From NCBI GenBank assembly GCA_026770705.1, contig JANJGN010000042.1, positions 5,084,001 through 5,148,000 of the forward strand: 64,000 nt of DNA, in the 5' to 3' direction. The notes beneath the pieces were generated by a model. The model saw only the letters and a list, made by a program, of their open reading frames with translations, was not told the DNA's origin and ran no database searches. A program made the position numbers and the translations under genes. Within the stretch, counting starts at the first letter, position 1; every line of letters begins with the position of its first letter. Shown piece after piece: positions 12,480 through 26,489 of the stretch. This DNA is from Isurus oxyrinchus (taxonomy: Eukaryota).

Positions 12480-14300
12480 ATATTGTCCGGAAAGTGGCCT
12501 CGCCTCAAGAGCCCAATTTCATTCAGAAATCAATCATTTCCACTTGGATAACCCTTGGGAGCAGCGAGATCCAGGTCATTACCACTTGCTGTGTCAAAAC
12601 ACTCATGTCCCCACCTCACCACTCCGCTGCCATTCCTCACCCAAGAGGCAATGGGTACTATAAAAAGTATGGGCCCTGACAATATTCCAGCTATACTAAT
12701 GAAGGCTTGTGCTCCAGAACTTGCCGCACCCCTAGCCAAGCTCTTTCAGTAGATCTAGAACACTGGCATCTACCCGGCTATGTGGAAATTTTGCCCAGTG
12801 CACAAAACGCAGGACAAATCCAACCCAGCCAATTGCCACCCCATCAGCCAGCTCTCCATCATCAGTAAAGTAACGGAAGGGGTCATCAGTGCTATCAAGC
12901 AACACTTTAGTAATAATCTGCTCACTGATGCCCAGTTTGGGTTCTGCCAGGGCCACTCAGCTCCTGACCTCATTACAACCTTCGTTCAAACATGGACAGA
13001 AGAGCTGAACTCTCGAGGTGAGGTGCGTGTGACTGCCCTTGATATAAAGGAGCCCTAGCAAAACTGGAGTCAGTGGGAATTACGGGGAAAATTCTCCGCC
13101 GTTTGCAGTCATACCGAGCACAAAGGGAGATGGCTGTAGTTGTTGGAGGTCAGTCAACTCAGCTCCAGGACATCACTGCAGGAGTTCCTCAGGGCAGTGT
13201 CCTTGGCCAAATCATCTTCAGCTGCTTCATCAATGACCTTATTTCCATCATAAGGTCAGAAGTGGGGATGTTCGCTGATGATTGTACAATGTTCAGAATC
13301 ATTCGTGACTCCTCAGACACTGAAGCAGTCCATGTCCAAATGCAGCAAGACCTGGACAATATCCAGGCTTGGGCTGACAAGTGGCACGTAACAATCACAC
13401 CACACAAGTGTCAGGCAATGACCCTGTCCAACTAAAGGGAACCTAACCATCGTCCCTTGACATTCAATGGGATCACTGTCACTGAATCCCCGACTATCAA
13501 CATCCTGGCGGTTACCCTTGACCATAACCTGAACTGAACTATCCACATAAATACTGTGTCTACTAGAGCAGGTCACAGTCTGTGAATCCTGCAGCGAGTT
13601 ACCCAACTCCTGACTCCTCAAAGCCTGTCCACCATCTACAAGGCAAAAGTCAGGAGTGTGATGGAATACTCCCCACTTGCCTGCATGAGTGCAGCTCCCA
13701 CTGCACTCAATACTCTTGACATGACCGAGGACAAAGCAGCCGGTCGATCGACACCACATCCACAAACACTCATTCCCTCCATGACCGACGCACAGTGGCA
13801 GTAGCGTGTACCATCTACAAGATGCACTGCAGGAACTCACCAAGGATCCTTCGGCAGCACCTTTCAAACCCACGGGCACTACCATCTTGTAGGACAAGGG
13901 CAGCAGACACAAGGGAACACCACCTCCTGGAAGTTCCGCTCCAAGTCACTCACCATCCTCAGTTGGAAATATATAGCCGTTCCTTCACGGTCGCTGGGTC
14001 AAAATCCCAGAACTACCCAGCAGCATTGTGGGTGCATCTACACCACATAGTTTGGTTTCATTTGTCTTTTAGTGAAAAAAACCTGCCATCCTCACCTGGC
14101 CTACATATGACACCAGATCCACAGCAAGTGTGGTTGACACTTTACTGTCCCCTGAAATGACCCTCACAATCAGGGGTGGACAGCAAATGCTGACCTTGGT
14201 TCAAGGCAGTAGGTCATCACCATCTTCAAGGGCAATTAGGGATGGGTAATAAATGCTGGCCCGGCCAGTGAAGCCCACATCCTGCAAACAAATAAAAATT
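12480..14300 (+). mobile_element. CR1/L2-group LINE, degenerate ORF2 reverse transcriptase plus 3' tail
   Basis: GPDNIP, QFGF, ALDI, GVPQGSVLG and MFADD motifs across frameshifted ORFs. Confidence 0.92.
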
Positions 14301-14354
14301 TACCCTGCCTCATGGTTTTGAATTCAACCGCCTCTGAATTCTACCTGGGGCAGA

Positions 14355-14740
14355 TGGAGGATTAGTGGTAACCTCACAGGACTAGTAATCTGAAGAGCCA
14401 GGCTAATTTTCATTGGTTCAAATCCCACTACAGCAGTTCGTGCAATTTAAATTCACCAAGTCTAGAAAACGAAACTCGTCTCAGAAATGGCGACGATAAA
14501 ACTCATCGATTGTTGTAAAAACCCATCTGGTTCACTGATGTCCCTTTCGGGAAGGAAACCTGCTGTCCTTACCCAGTCTGGCCTACATGTGACTCCAGAC
14601 CCTCCGTAAATGTGGCTGACTCTTAAATGCCCCAGGAAATTTGCCCCAGCAGGCCACTCAGTTCAATGGCAATAAGGAGTGGACAGAAAATGCTGGCCTT
14701 GCCAGTGATGTCCACATACCATAAAGAGAAAGACAAAATA
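14355..14740 (+). mobile_element. tRNA-derived SINE sharing the LINE 3' tail
   Basis: A-box-like TAGTGG, B-box GGTTCAAATCCC, and a tail homologous to 14230-14300. Confidence 0.75.
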
Positions 14741-15859
14741 AAATGGGACACCTGCAAGAGTGCAGTGCTCAGTCCTGCACAGCCCTATTGGGCCTAGGGT
14801 AGAGCTTCAATCCGGACATCATCCTCGGTAGAATACCTCATGCTAAAGTGATCATTTAAGGGCCTGACTGACAATTTCACACTAACATTGCGCTGAGTAA
14901 AACATTTCACGATCTAAAGACAAGACACATGGTGGGTACATTTCCATGAAAATCTTTAATATTTAGAAAAAATTAAAACATTTCAAAGATTCCAAAATCT
15001 CATGTCTCGCAGATGGCTACAGTGCCCCAGGATGAGCCTGACAGTGATGGCAAATGTGGGAACAGGTTCAGGCAGAGAGAGGGAGAGAGCACGTGAACAA
15101 TATCAGACACGATGGACATTGTCATTCAGATCAGACCATCGCCATTCAGGTCATTTCAACTGGTCAACTTGACCGGAAATAGAACAAAGGGACAAATGGA
15201 GGGCAGCGATTTAACAAACTTTAAAAAATATGAACTGACCTGGTGACAAATATGAGCCATGAATTCATTAAGGACAATGTTTATGGTACTTGGAAAATGC
15301 TCGGCTGTTAGCAATATTTGACTGAGAACAGTTTATATAGGCGGGCAGATGCCGATGGGACAGAAGGCGTTCCATTCTGCATTTCACAAGCAGTCGCCCA
15401 CGGACAAGTTCAAGCACAAGTGCCTGGTGACGAATTCGAAGACCATAAGACGGCAGATACATTCGTTCAGGATAAATCGAGGCTCACTGGTCTTCAGATC
15501 CTCCTCTTCGCTTGGAATTGGCCCGTGTCACTAAAAAAGGGGAACACGGGTGAGAAAGAGTTCATTCTCAAGGGTGTTGAGATCTGTCAGGCTAACCTCC
15601 CATCCCCCTCTGTCTGTCCTACACACGACTGAACCCCCTATCCCCAGCGATAGTCAGTTAACTGGAGCTGCGATCCTGATATTCATGTAGTGAGCAGGGA
15701 GTGACCAGGCTCTCAGATTGCTGGTTAATCACACTGCAGTCCCATATCAGTGACTCGTACATGGAACAGCATTAACTTGCTAACAGGGATGCAACTGCAG
15801 TGACGTTAACAACAGTCATAAACCTGAAACAGTTGTCGATTTATTGGTATTTTGGCATA

Positions 15860-16525
15860 TTTAATTCATTTCACAGGATGTAGGCATCACTGGCTGAGCC
15901 AGCATTTATTGCTCTTCCCTAGTTGCCCCTTAGAAGTTGGTGGTGAGCTGCCTTCTCGAGCCGCTGCAGTCCATGTGGTGTAGGTACACCCACAGTGCTG
16001 TTCGGAATGGAGTTCCAGGGTTTTGACCCAGCGAAGCGAAGGAAGGGCAATATATTTCCAAGTCAGGATGGTGAGCGACTTGGAGGGGAATTTCCAGGTG
16101 GTGGTGCTCCCATGTGTCTGCTGCCCTTGTCCTTCTAGGTGGTAATGGTCATGGGTTTGGAAGGTGCTGTCGAAGGGGCCTTGGTGAATTCCTGCAGTTC
16201 ACCTTGTAGATGGTACACGCTGCTGCTACTGTGCGTCGGTGGTGGAGGGAGTGAATGTTTGTGGATGAGGTGCCAATCAAGTGGGATGCTTTGGTGTCAA
16301 GATTCTTAAGAGTTTGTGTTTAGGAGAAGCACAAATTCAGGCAAGAGGAGAATACTCCATCACACTCCTGACTTGTGCCTTTAGATGGTGGACAGGCTCT
16401 GGGGAGTCAGGGGGTGAGTTACTCATCGTACAATCCCAGCCTCTTTGACCTGCTCTTGTGGCCACAGTATTTATATGGCTAGCCGAGTTTAGTTTCTGGT
16501 CAATAGTAACCTCCAGGATACTGAC
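15860..16525 (-). mobile_element. CR1/L2-group LINE 3' fragment
   Basis: Colinear with 5512-6180. Confidence 0.85.
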
Positions 16526-16680
16526 AATGCATTTATGATACAAGTACGCTGCAAGTATTCCTGCTGAAGAATTTTAGATAAATGAATTTATTCAATGCAA
16601 AGAGTACCGCATGAATGAATTAAAAGGGTCAAAGCCTCGTCTCAAATCCGTTTCATTGTCTTGTGATTAAAGTAATGCAA

Positions 16681-16714
16681 CGCTACCCTCTGCTGGCAGC
16701 TCACCGCCACTACA
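16681..16714 (-). promoter_or_regulatory. CTCF-like site with U motif
   Basis: Reverse complement TGTAGTGGC, 6 nt, CTGCCAGCAGAGGGTAGCG (core C15>T). Confidence 0.5.
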
Positions 16715-17164
16715 GGCGGTGCTGTTTGCCAGCCTCAGAGAAGTTCCGTTACTGCATGGTTGCATTTTAAAACATATTGACGAATTATATATATGGAACA
16801 ATACTCTGTCGGATTCAAGTTCGCAGCAGGGTTCGCTCTTTTACCACCTGACGCTGTACATGAACTCTCTCATCATTCCCCATTGGAGGTATTGGCTGGA
16901 GCTGGTTGTTGGGAGTTATTTCAGACCGCAATGTGCATATTTGGTGCAGTTATCAGACTCTAATCTCATTCAGAATGGGAGTATTTAAACTTTGCTGTAT
17001 TCTGTAATTCCTCTGCAATACATTGTCAATGTTCAACCCGACACATTGGATCTTGTTAAAGCTTTTTTACTACTTATGTCTCCAAGATAATGTTGTCCAT
17101 TTCTCACATTCTTGGTCCAAGGGGGGAAATTATATATATCAAACGCAAACAATATATGGGAGAG

Positions 17165-17410
17165 AAGGGGCCGAACATTTTGGTCTGAGATGAGGAGGAA
17201 TTACTTCACTCAACGTGTTGTGAACCTTTGGAATTCTCTACCCCAGAGAGATCTGGATTCTCCATCCACTTTAGTTCGGGATAGGCAGGGTTACAGTGTC
17301 TCGGGGATTTAAGGGATATGGGCAAAGGGCGGAAACAAGGAGTTGATTGACAGAGCAGATCGACGGCCATTCCGCCTACTCCTGCTCCTATTCTTGTGTT
17401 CCTGTAAGAA
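17165..17410 (+). mobile_element. CR1 LINE 3' end
   Basis: MRRNYFTQRVVNLWNSLP motif plus a CR1-type 3' UTR. Confidence 0.8.
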
Positions 17411-18759
17411 TCAATGTTAACAGCTTCCACGCTTTCGAGAGTCTGATCCATAGATCGAACACCCAATGGAATATTAACCTGAACTTTCCAGGTCCATTAG
17501 AGGCAGGCTGGGAGGGGGCAAGGCTGGCACTATGTCGGGGAAGGCGTCAGGAAGCGTGGAGAGAGGGAATCTGTGTCCATCCCAGGGCCTCGTTTGCTTT
17601 GCTCATTGTTGAAAGATTATCAACTCTTGTCAGTCAGAAACCAGTTTTTATTCTTTTACCATACAGGTTATTTTTTCCATGTGTGATTTTTCCTTCCTTA
17701 ATTCCTTATCTCCATGTGACAAATTTTGAATTCCCTCCGAGGAATGTTATCCATTGCCTTTCTGCCCATTTTTCACGTATTTAAATCCGCCCATAGCTTA
17801 CCCTGATCAGATGTGCACCTATGATCTTCATCAGCCTTTTCCCTCGCTGCAGTTTTAAGCATTGATCTTCTGGCTTCATTTATTATCATCTTAAACTAAT
17901 GCGGAATGAAACAGAACAATGTGGGATCCCAGCGTTAATGTGCTTCCAGTCCGAATACAATCCCTGTATCATTACAATCTGGAATCTATCAATCAACTAA
18001 TTCCGATTCCCTTGCAGTCCTCCCTCTGATTGTGGCGATATTTCTTCCAGGGTCCCATCCTTTCCAGAGGAACTGTTTAGAAAGCCGACAGGAATCCAAA
18101 TGCATCACATCCACTGTCTCTCTTGCTCCATGAAGCTCGTTTTGCTCACGTTCAAAGTGATCAGCCAACTCGATAAGCGAGTCCTTCCCTTCATGGACAC
18201 TTACTGGCTGCAATGAAAGGTTCTCCTTCTCTCCACATGCTCCATAAACCTTCCTTTCTTACGGGTTTACGAGGGGTAACTCATGGTCTGTGATTTCCTG
18301 ATTCACTTTTGCGAAATTTTTACCAAAGAATAATAAACGCTGCATTTTATTTTATCTGCTCGCCAGGCGTCTTTGCAGAATGCAAGCATTTTTCACAGAT
18401 TTATGACTGAGAACCTGCAGATTTTTGCTTAATTCCTTAAAAATCCTCGGATGCATCTTATCTGGGCCGTGGATTGATTCAGCTGGATTTCCACAGCTCT
18501 TCATTAACCATGCTGGTGCTAACGTAATAAATGTAGCAATTTACCCCTGAAAGTCCTATGGTCTCATTTGCGGATCAAATGTATATATTAACTGTTCCCT
18601 CTTTCATAGAAGATGAAACAAAAATACATATTTAACGCAGTTATAGCCCGGCTAGCATCAGTTGTGTTGCCCTTGATCATATTTTCGCACTCCACCTATG
18701 TTATTTTCTTGTAGCAACAACAAAAATATATTATGGTTTTCACCCCTTGCCATACGCTG

Positions 18760-19145
18760 TTTGAAAGGAGTTTTGTTAAAGTTGTCCTGAATCATGATGG
18801 ACTGGACAGAGTAGGCAGGGAGAAATAGTTCCCAATGTTGGAAGATTCGAGAACAAGTGGGCACAGATTTAAGATAATCAGGAAAAGAAGCAACGGCGAC
18901 ATTTAAAAATGAACTTTTTTTTCGCGCAATGAGTGGTTAGGATTTGGAGTGGACAGGCTGAGAGTATGGTGGAGGCAGATACAATTGATGCTTTCAAAAA
19001 TAAAGTGCATCATTTTCGGAAAAGGGAAAAATGCTGGACTAGGGGGAGAAGTGTGGAACTAGGTCAATTGTTCCTTTAGATGGTTAGCACAGGCAAGACA
19101 AATGGCCTTTTACTTTTCTGTAAGAATTCTTCGATTCTATGATTG
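18760..19145 (+). mobile_element. CR1 LINE 3' end
   Basis: Decayed RT C-terminus ending in a GATTCTATGATT tail. Confidence 0.75.
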
Positions 19146-19186
19146 ATATCAGAAACAGTAAATTAAATCAGCATTTTCACAGCATC

Positions 19187-19220
19187 TGCAATAGCAAGAT
19201 TTGTCCAGCAGATGGAACCG
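19187..19220 (+). promoter_or_regulatory. CTCF-like site with U motif
   Basis: TGCAATAGC, 6 nt, TGTCCAGCAGATGGAACCG (core C15>A). Confidence 0.5.
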
Positions 19221-19249
19221 AAACCATGATTGTTCAAATTGCGTGAGGC

Positions 19250-19700
19250 AGGCATTTCTCAATGGTTGCTGCATTGGCCCTGTCTCCACTCATATCAAAC
19301 TGGACCCCGTGCCTGTTTAAATAACACTAGGTCTTGTCATTGATTATGTTAGAGGAGGTTGTGTCCCACTTATTTCTGTATTCGGCCCAATCTCTGCTGT
19401 CAGCTTACTCAACTAGGCCCTCTTTCTGTTCTGTGAGACACTATCAGTTATTACTGTACGGAACTATGTCTCAGATAACATGACAAAACGTCAGGTCCCA
19501 ATTGTTAATGCCTTGTACAATGTCCCCCTTTGTATTAAACTGGAACATATGTCTGTTTGCATTGCATGAGGCTTTCCCTCAGTTATTACTTGAGTTGATC
19601 CTGCCATGTTTATATTAAGCTAGAGGAGGTCACAATGAATGCTGCACAAGTCCATGTTCTGTTTATATAACACGATGCCCTGTCTCTGTTGTTAGTGCTG
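19250..19700 (-). repeat. Degenerate satellite arm, truncated by a CR1 insertion
   Basis: Colinear with 3430-3850 and 24020-24460, directly after the CTCF-like site. Confidence 0.7.
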
Positions 19701-20350
19701 ACAGGCTGATTAATAAAGCATATGGTATCTGAGGCTTTATATATTGGGGCACAAAGTTCAAAATCAAAGAGATTTTCGAACACAGTTTAAGTCTCAACAT
19801 GAGCATTTGCGTCCAGTTCTGGGCACCACACTTTAAGAAAAGTGTGAACGTATCAGTGAGAGAGTAGGAAAGATTCACGAGAATGGTTCCAGGGATGGAG
19901 ACCTTCAGTTAAACTGGTAGAGCAGATGAATTGGTACTGCTTTCCATAGAGGAGAAAAGGTTGAGGCAGCAGTTATACATGTATTCAAAATCTAGATGGG
20001 TCTGGACAGAGTTGAAAGTAGAAAACGGTCCAATTGGTGGAAGGATCAAGAACCAAGGGGCACAGATTTAAGGTAATTGGGAAAATAAGCGTTAGCGGCA
20101 TGAGGAAATGCTTTTGTTCATGCAGCTAGTGGTTAGGACCTTGAATGGACTGCGTGAGGATGTAGTGGAGGCCGTGACAATCGAGTCATTCAAAATGGAA
20201 TTGGATAATTATATGAAAAGGAGGAAAACATTTGACCTACGGGGAGCAGACAGAGAGTGGCAGGAGATTAATTAATCCTTCGCAAGACAAGAACAGTAAG
20301 AACGAACGGAATGGCCTTTAAGTAGTGATAATACTATGAATATTACATGG
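19700..20350 (+). mobile_element. CR1 LINE 3' fragment
   Basis: CVQFWAPH-like coding remnant and 3' UTR; it truncates the satellite arm. Confidence 0.8.
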
Positions 20351-20959
20351 TTTTATGTTGATACGAAATAGTATTTATGTTATCTTTACAGCTCAGTTTG
20401 AGTTTCTGCTATTGAGGCTATATAGCTTTTAGGCTGGGAGAAGGAACTGGTGTTATTGCCTTAATTACTTTAAGGTACAGAGAAGCTTAGGTTCGATGAA
20501 TTATATTTGTTTTATTTGAATTGTGCAATTGAGGGATTCTTTGTCAGTTTCAAAGGGATAAACAAAAAAGGTGAATTCAGCAGCTTTAACTTAATACGAC
20601 ACCTCATCTTAAAACTAAACGATTATGACTTGGTTCAATTGACGAACCATATCCGTAAAGCAGAAGATCTGTATTGGAGGGCAGCCTTTGTCTTGACATA
20701 ACTGTAGGAAGGTGTTATTAACATTTACTAATAATGTATTGTATCTCTGGTATGGTGCTAAAACAAGTGTTGACGTGGCTATATACGATAAGTTGTATTG
20801 TTGATAAGAAGATGTAACATTGTTTGCAATAGCTCTGTATTTACAAGGGTGCATTATTTGCTCACAACTGAATATACATCCCGGAGCCCAGGGAATAAGA
20901 GATACAGATTTGTCTTCAGTGTTCATGGCTTCAGACACAGAGATGAAGTGACACCAAAT

Positions 20960-23740
20960 GAGCCTCACCCCAAGCCAATGAAAGAGGTTAATTTTGATTC
21001 TTTCCAAATAAGAGCACATCCACAAATAAAGAAGTACGATTTGATCGCCATTGCAGACATGGCTGCAGGAGGACACGGATTGGGACTTGAATATCAAGGG
21101 GCATTTTGGAAGGACATGAAGGGAAGAAATGGTGGAGGGGTGACTCTGCTAGTTAATGATGGCTTAGCAGAATAGAGAGGGATGACCCAAACTCATGAAA
21201 CCAGGATGTGCAATCACTTTGGAAAGAGGTGAAAAATGGGAAAGTAAAGACAGCGCTTGTTGGAGTCGTGTGCAGGCCTCCTAATAGTAACCACATGGTA
21301 ACACGAAGGAAGAAATAATGGGAGCATGTCGGAAAGGCACGACCGTAATCATGGGAGCTTTCAAACTACGTATGGACTGGAAAAGTCAGATGGGTAAAGG
21401 TAGCCCAGATGTGGAGCTGATCGAATGTTTCCGGGATTGTTTCTTAGTTTTAGAGCCAACTAGAAAGCAGGCTATACCAGACCTGGTATTGTGCAATGAG
21501 ATGGATTTAATTAATGACCTCATGGTGAAGGCAGCCCTCGGTAGTACTGACTATCGTATGATTGAATTTTACATTCTGTTTGAGGGAGAGAGGAGTGGGT
21601 CCGAGACTGTACTTTTAAGACTGAATCAGGGAAATTATGAGGGCATAAAAGCAGAACTGACTAAAGTGAATTGGCAAATTAAGTTAAGGGATAGGTTCAT
21701 TGCGAAGTAATGGTTTTAATTTTAGGGGATATATCAAGATACACAGGATATATACAATCCAGCGAGTACAAATAAGGTCCAGGGGACAACACACCCTCCG
21801 TGGTTACCTAGAAAGGTGAACGAGAGTACCAAACTTAAAGAAAACAAATATATGATTGTGCAATGATAGGTGGAATGCCAGTAGATTGGGCAGAAGAGAA
21901 GGATCAGCTTTAGATGACTATAAGTTTAATAAGGAGGGGAATAAAATAGAATACGACCAAAAGTTAGCCACAAATATAAAAACAGATAGTAAGAGCTTCC
22001 ATGAATATATTTTTGTAAAGAGACTAGTTATTGAAGTGAGCGTTCGCACCAGAGAAAGTGAGTCTGAAGGATTGTTAATGGAAACCATGGGAATGGCAGA
22101 TGAATCGAACAGGTACTTTGCATCAGTAGTTACTACAGAGGAAACAATTAACATTCCAGAGGCAGCTGTAAATCAGGAAATGGAAGGTAGGGAGGAACTC
22201 AGGAAAATTACAATCACCAGAGAAGTGGTACTGAGTAAATAGTTGGAGCTGCGGGCTGACAACTGCCCGGGTCCTGATGGACTTCATCCTGGGGTCTGAA
22301 AAGAAGTGGCTCGTGAGATAGTTGAGGAATTGCTTTAATGTTTTTCCAAGCTCACTAGATTCAGCGGATGTTCCTTTAGTTTGGGATAGAAAACAGAAGG
22401 AGACAGGAAGCTGGAAACTGCAGGCCAGTTAGCTTGACATCTGTTATGGGGAAAAAGTTAGAAGCTACTATGAAAAAAGCTGTAGCAGACAACTTTGACA
22501 AGTTCATGGTAATCAGGGAGAACCAGCATGATTTTGAGGAAGTAACATGGCCTGTGGATAAATGGTAACCGATGGATATACTGCAGTAAGGTTGGCAGAA
22601 GGCATTTGATTATGTGCCACATCAAAGGCGATTACAGAAGCCAAAAGCCCTTGGTATATAGGGAAACTTATTAGTATGGATAGAAGATTGGCTGGCTAAC
22701 AGGAATAAATGGAATTTTCAGGTTGGCAAGGTGTAACGAGTCGTGTGCCAAAGGACTCAGTGCTAGGACCTCAACTCTTTACAATTTATATAAATGAGTT
22801 GCATGAAGGGATGGAAGGGATGGTTGCCAAATTTGCTGATGACACAAAGATAGGTAGGAAATTAATTTGTGAAGAGGACATAAGGAGGCTACAAAAAGAC
22901 ATAGATAAAGAGAGTGGGCAAAGGTCTGGCTAACGGAGTATAATATTGGAAATTTGAAATTGTCCATTTTGGCAGGAAGTATAAAAGAGAAGCATATTAT
23001 CTAAATGGTGAGAGATTGCAGAGCTCTGAGATTCAGTGATCCGGATGTCTTAGTGTGTGAATCATTAAAGGCTAGTATGCAGGTACAGCAAGTAATTAGT
23101 AAATAGAAAGTTATCATTGATTGCAAAAGGAATTGAATTTAAAAATAGGGATGTTATGCTCCGGTTATACAAAGCACTAGTGAGACCACATCTGGAGTAC
23201 TGTGTGCAATTTCGGTCACCTTGTTTAAGGAAGGATGTAAATGCGTTAGAATCAGTTCAGAGAAGGTTTCCCAGATTCATAACTGGAATGGGCGGATTGT
23301 TTTATGAGGAACAATTAGACAGGCTAGGCTGGAGTTTAGGAGAGTAGCAGGCGACTTGGTTGAAACATGTAAGATCCTGGAGGTCCTTGACAGGGTGGAT
23401 GTACAGAGGATGTTTCCTCTTATTGGATAACCTGGAACTAGTGGTCACTATTTAAAAATAAGGGGCTACTCATTTCAACCGTTTCTGGGACGATTTTCCT
23501 TTATCTCTGTGGGTCTTGAGTATTTGGAACTCTCTTCCTGAAAATATTGCTTAATAAATTTTACTTGATCCATAAATACCACTTATTGGGAACTTGTTCG
23601 GTCAGGCACAAATGAATACTCCATTATTATAAATCAAGAATTCGGAACGTAGATATTTTAATTAAAATAGGTTTATATCTCAAAATCTCCTAAGCTTTAC
23701 AGGCCTCTTTCTGTGCTGCAAGCATTCCATGATTCAATGA
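20960..23740 (+). mobile_element. CR1 LINE, degenerate ORF2 (AP endonuclease plus RT)
   Basis: YDLIAI, GRNGGGV, PDLVLCN, STDYRMIEF, VPKDSVLGP, KFADDTK and LVRPHLEYCVQF motifs, with many stops. Confidence 0.92.
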
Positions 23741-23799
23741 TTTATATTTTTATCAATGACCTCACAAGTATTAACTGAAATTGGCATTTAAACGGCATT

Positions 23800-23833
23800 G
23801 ATAATAGCAACGTGTGTCCAGCAGATGGCAGTG
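23800..23833 (+). promoter_or_regulatory. CTCF-like site (near-consensus core)
   Basis: GATAATAGC, 6 nt, TGTCCAGCAGATGGCAGTG. Confidence 0.7.
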
Positions 23834-23855
23834 AAGCCGAGGTACTTTCCATTAA

Positions 23856-24010
23856 CCAAATCAGAATTACCTGGAAAAACTCAGCAGGTCATGAGGACTC
23901 GAAACGTCAACTCTTTTCTTCTCCGCCGATGCTGCCAGACCTGCTGAGTTTTCCCAGGTCATTCTGTTTTTGTTTTGATTTCCAGCATCCGCAGTTTTTT
24001 TTGTTTTTAT
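23856..24010. mobile_element. Penelope-like terminal-repeat insertion with inverted end; hammerhead motif 5'-truncated
   Basis: Near-identical to 28134-28312 and 54136-54347. Flanked by an imperfect TSD, TACTTT(C/A)CATTAA. Confidence 0.75.
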
Positions 24011-24019
24011 TACTTTACA

Positions 24020-25480
24020 TTAAACAGGCTTTCTCTCAATTGTTACCGAAATGGACGCTATCTCGGTTCACATTAAACTAGACTCCATCTCTGATCATAT
24101 CACAGGATCATATTTCTGATGATTTTACAGCAGGTCATGTCTATTTGTTTCCTTACTCAGCCCAATCTCTGTTGTTGATATACCTGATCCAGGCCCTCTT
24201 TGTATTATATCAAACCTTCTCTCAGTTATGACTGCACTGAATCATCTCTCGGCTGACATGACATTAGGTCATGTCTCAGTTATTACTGAACTAGGCCCTG
24301 TCTCTTTTAATACTAAACCAGAACATGCTCATGGTTGCATCACACGAGGCAGTGTCTCAGTTTTTACTCTGCCACGTTTATACTGAACTTGACAATTTCA
24401 CAGTTAATGCTGCACATATAAATTTCTGTTTATATCACACAATGTCCCTTCTCTGTTACTATTGTACTATACCATGTCTCTCTCATTGCAGCACTTGTCC
24501 AGGTTTCTATTGGTATTAATCTAGGTACTTGGCTGGGAGTGATTGCACTAGGTCTTACTTTAATTGATATTGCACAAGGTCCTTTATCAAGTTAAACTGC
24601 ACTAGACCCTGTGTCAGTTTCTTTATACTAGATTCTGTCTCCTTTATTACTTCGTCAGTCCATGTCTCTGTTCAAATTACACACACTGCTGCCTCATCTA
24701 TTCCTGCATCCAGCACTGCCTCACTTTATAATCCACGAGATCGCATTTCTATTTACGTTATACTAGACCATCTCTCTGTTCATGTCAGTCTAGGTCATGT
24801 CTCTGCTGACATTCCGCTGGACGTTTCCTTGCATGTGTTCATATAGAACTAGACCCTGTATATTTGTTTGCAGTGCAGACCATGCCTGTGATTATTTTAC
24901 ACAAGGCCACGTCTATTACTAATATGCTGGACCTTGTCTCAGTAATTATTAAACTTGACCCAGTTTTCTTTTCAATTATTGGAGATGTTGTATCAATATT
25001 TGGTGCACTCCGCCCTGTCTCAGTATTACTGCACCTGACCCTGTCTCGGTTTATATCCAAATGGATCCTTTCATAATATTACACCAGTTCCTGCCTCAGT
25101 TATATCAGTGCTTGGCCCCATCTCAGTTGTTCTGGAACTATACCATGTCTCTTTTTGTATTACATACGGCAAAGTCCCAGTTCTTACTGCGCTGGACTAA
25201 TGGTCCCTATACACAGCACTAAGCTTTGTTTTAGTTGTTGCTGCACTACTCCATGTCTCTGCTTATATTACGTTAGCCCTATCTCTGATGTCTCATAAGT
25301 TACAGAAGATGCAGTTGCAGTTATTATTGCACTAGACTCTGCCTTTTTAATGCTAAACTGGACCCCTTTTCAGTTTATATTGCACTAGTCTTGATCTCTA
25401 TTATTACTTCAGAAAACAATTTCTTAGCTTAAATTAAGCTAATCCAGCCTGAGTTATTACTGCGCTAGGCTGTGTCTATG
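24020..25480 (-). repeat. Degenerate 27/54-bp satellite arm (module B, left arm)
   Basis: Same units as 3440-4710, colinear with it. Confidence 0.8.
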
Positions 25481-26489
25481 TGAAATAGAGAGATAATATA
25501 AATAAAGGTAATGAGCTAGAAAATGGTCCCTGGCCTTGGCCAAAGATGAACGGCATGAGATGGGCGGCCAATTCAGCGCCTGATATTCAGTTTCATTATA
25601 GTTGACATCACGGATCATATGCCACCTGTTCTGTTTGTTTTCATGAAGAGAATCATTCTTCACACTTGCACTGTAATTCCTCGAATATAAATAATTTACT
25701 TTCACCATTGTTTGGCATTTCATGTTCTCTTCTTCAAATTGTGGCTGCCGATCTTTTAATGCAGAAAAAAAATATTGGTCCCATTTTCTACTCTGCCATT
25801 GTATAGAAAGTCATGGCATACATCGTTACTAAGATGAAGGTGCCAATTACCAATCTGTTGCTCGACCCTCTATCTGATGCAGCGCATAAGTCACTGTCGT
25901 CTGTTTGCCTGTCTGTCCGTTTCTCTCTCTCTCTCCCTCACACACACGCACACACACACCTCACGGTCTTTCTGCAACTTCAGTGAATGTGTTAACACCC
26001 CAAAAAGAACAAATCATGCATTTCAACTGAAAATCGTTTAATATTGTAATTATTTATTAATAACCATTCTGCTGTGTGCTCTTGTTTATAAAGTGATTTC
26101 AGACTGTCTCTGTCATTTCCCAGCTGGAGTTATCTGCCTCAGGTGATCAGATGGAATGTGGATTACATCACCTCGAGAACAAGGACAGCTTATTGGCAAA
26201 TGATCACATCAGCATCTCACAGAAGTTCCTGTCTATACAGTGAGTCTGTGATCATTTGTGGAAGCAAAATGGACAAGTTGAAACTGTACCTGTTGTGAGG
26301 TTAATATAACTGTAATTCTATGGTTTATTACTCCTAGGGATGGAAAGGGTTGAAACATTCCTTGATCTCCAGGGAATTTTCAATCTTTTGTTTCTGCAAC
26401 CTTTGAGTGTAACTTCCACTCCTTCCACTACAACTGCACTAATCCTTTTTGCACTGAATATTCTGCTTCTATGCTGTATGTTCCATGTA

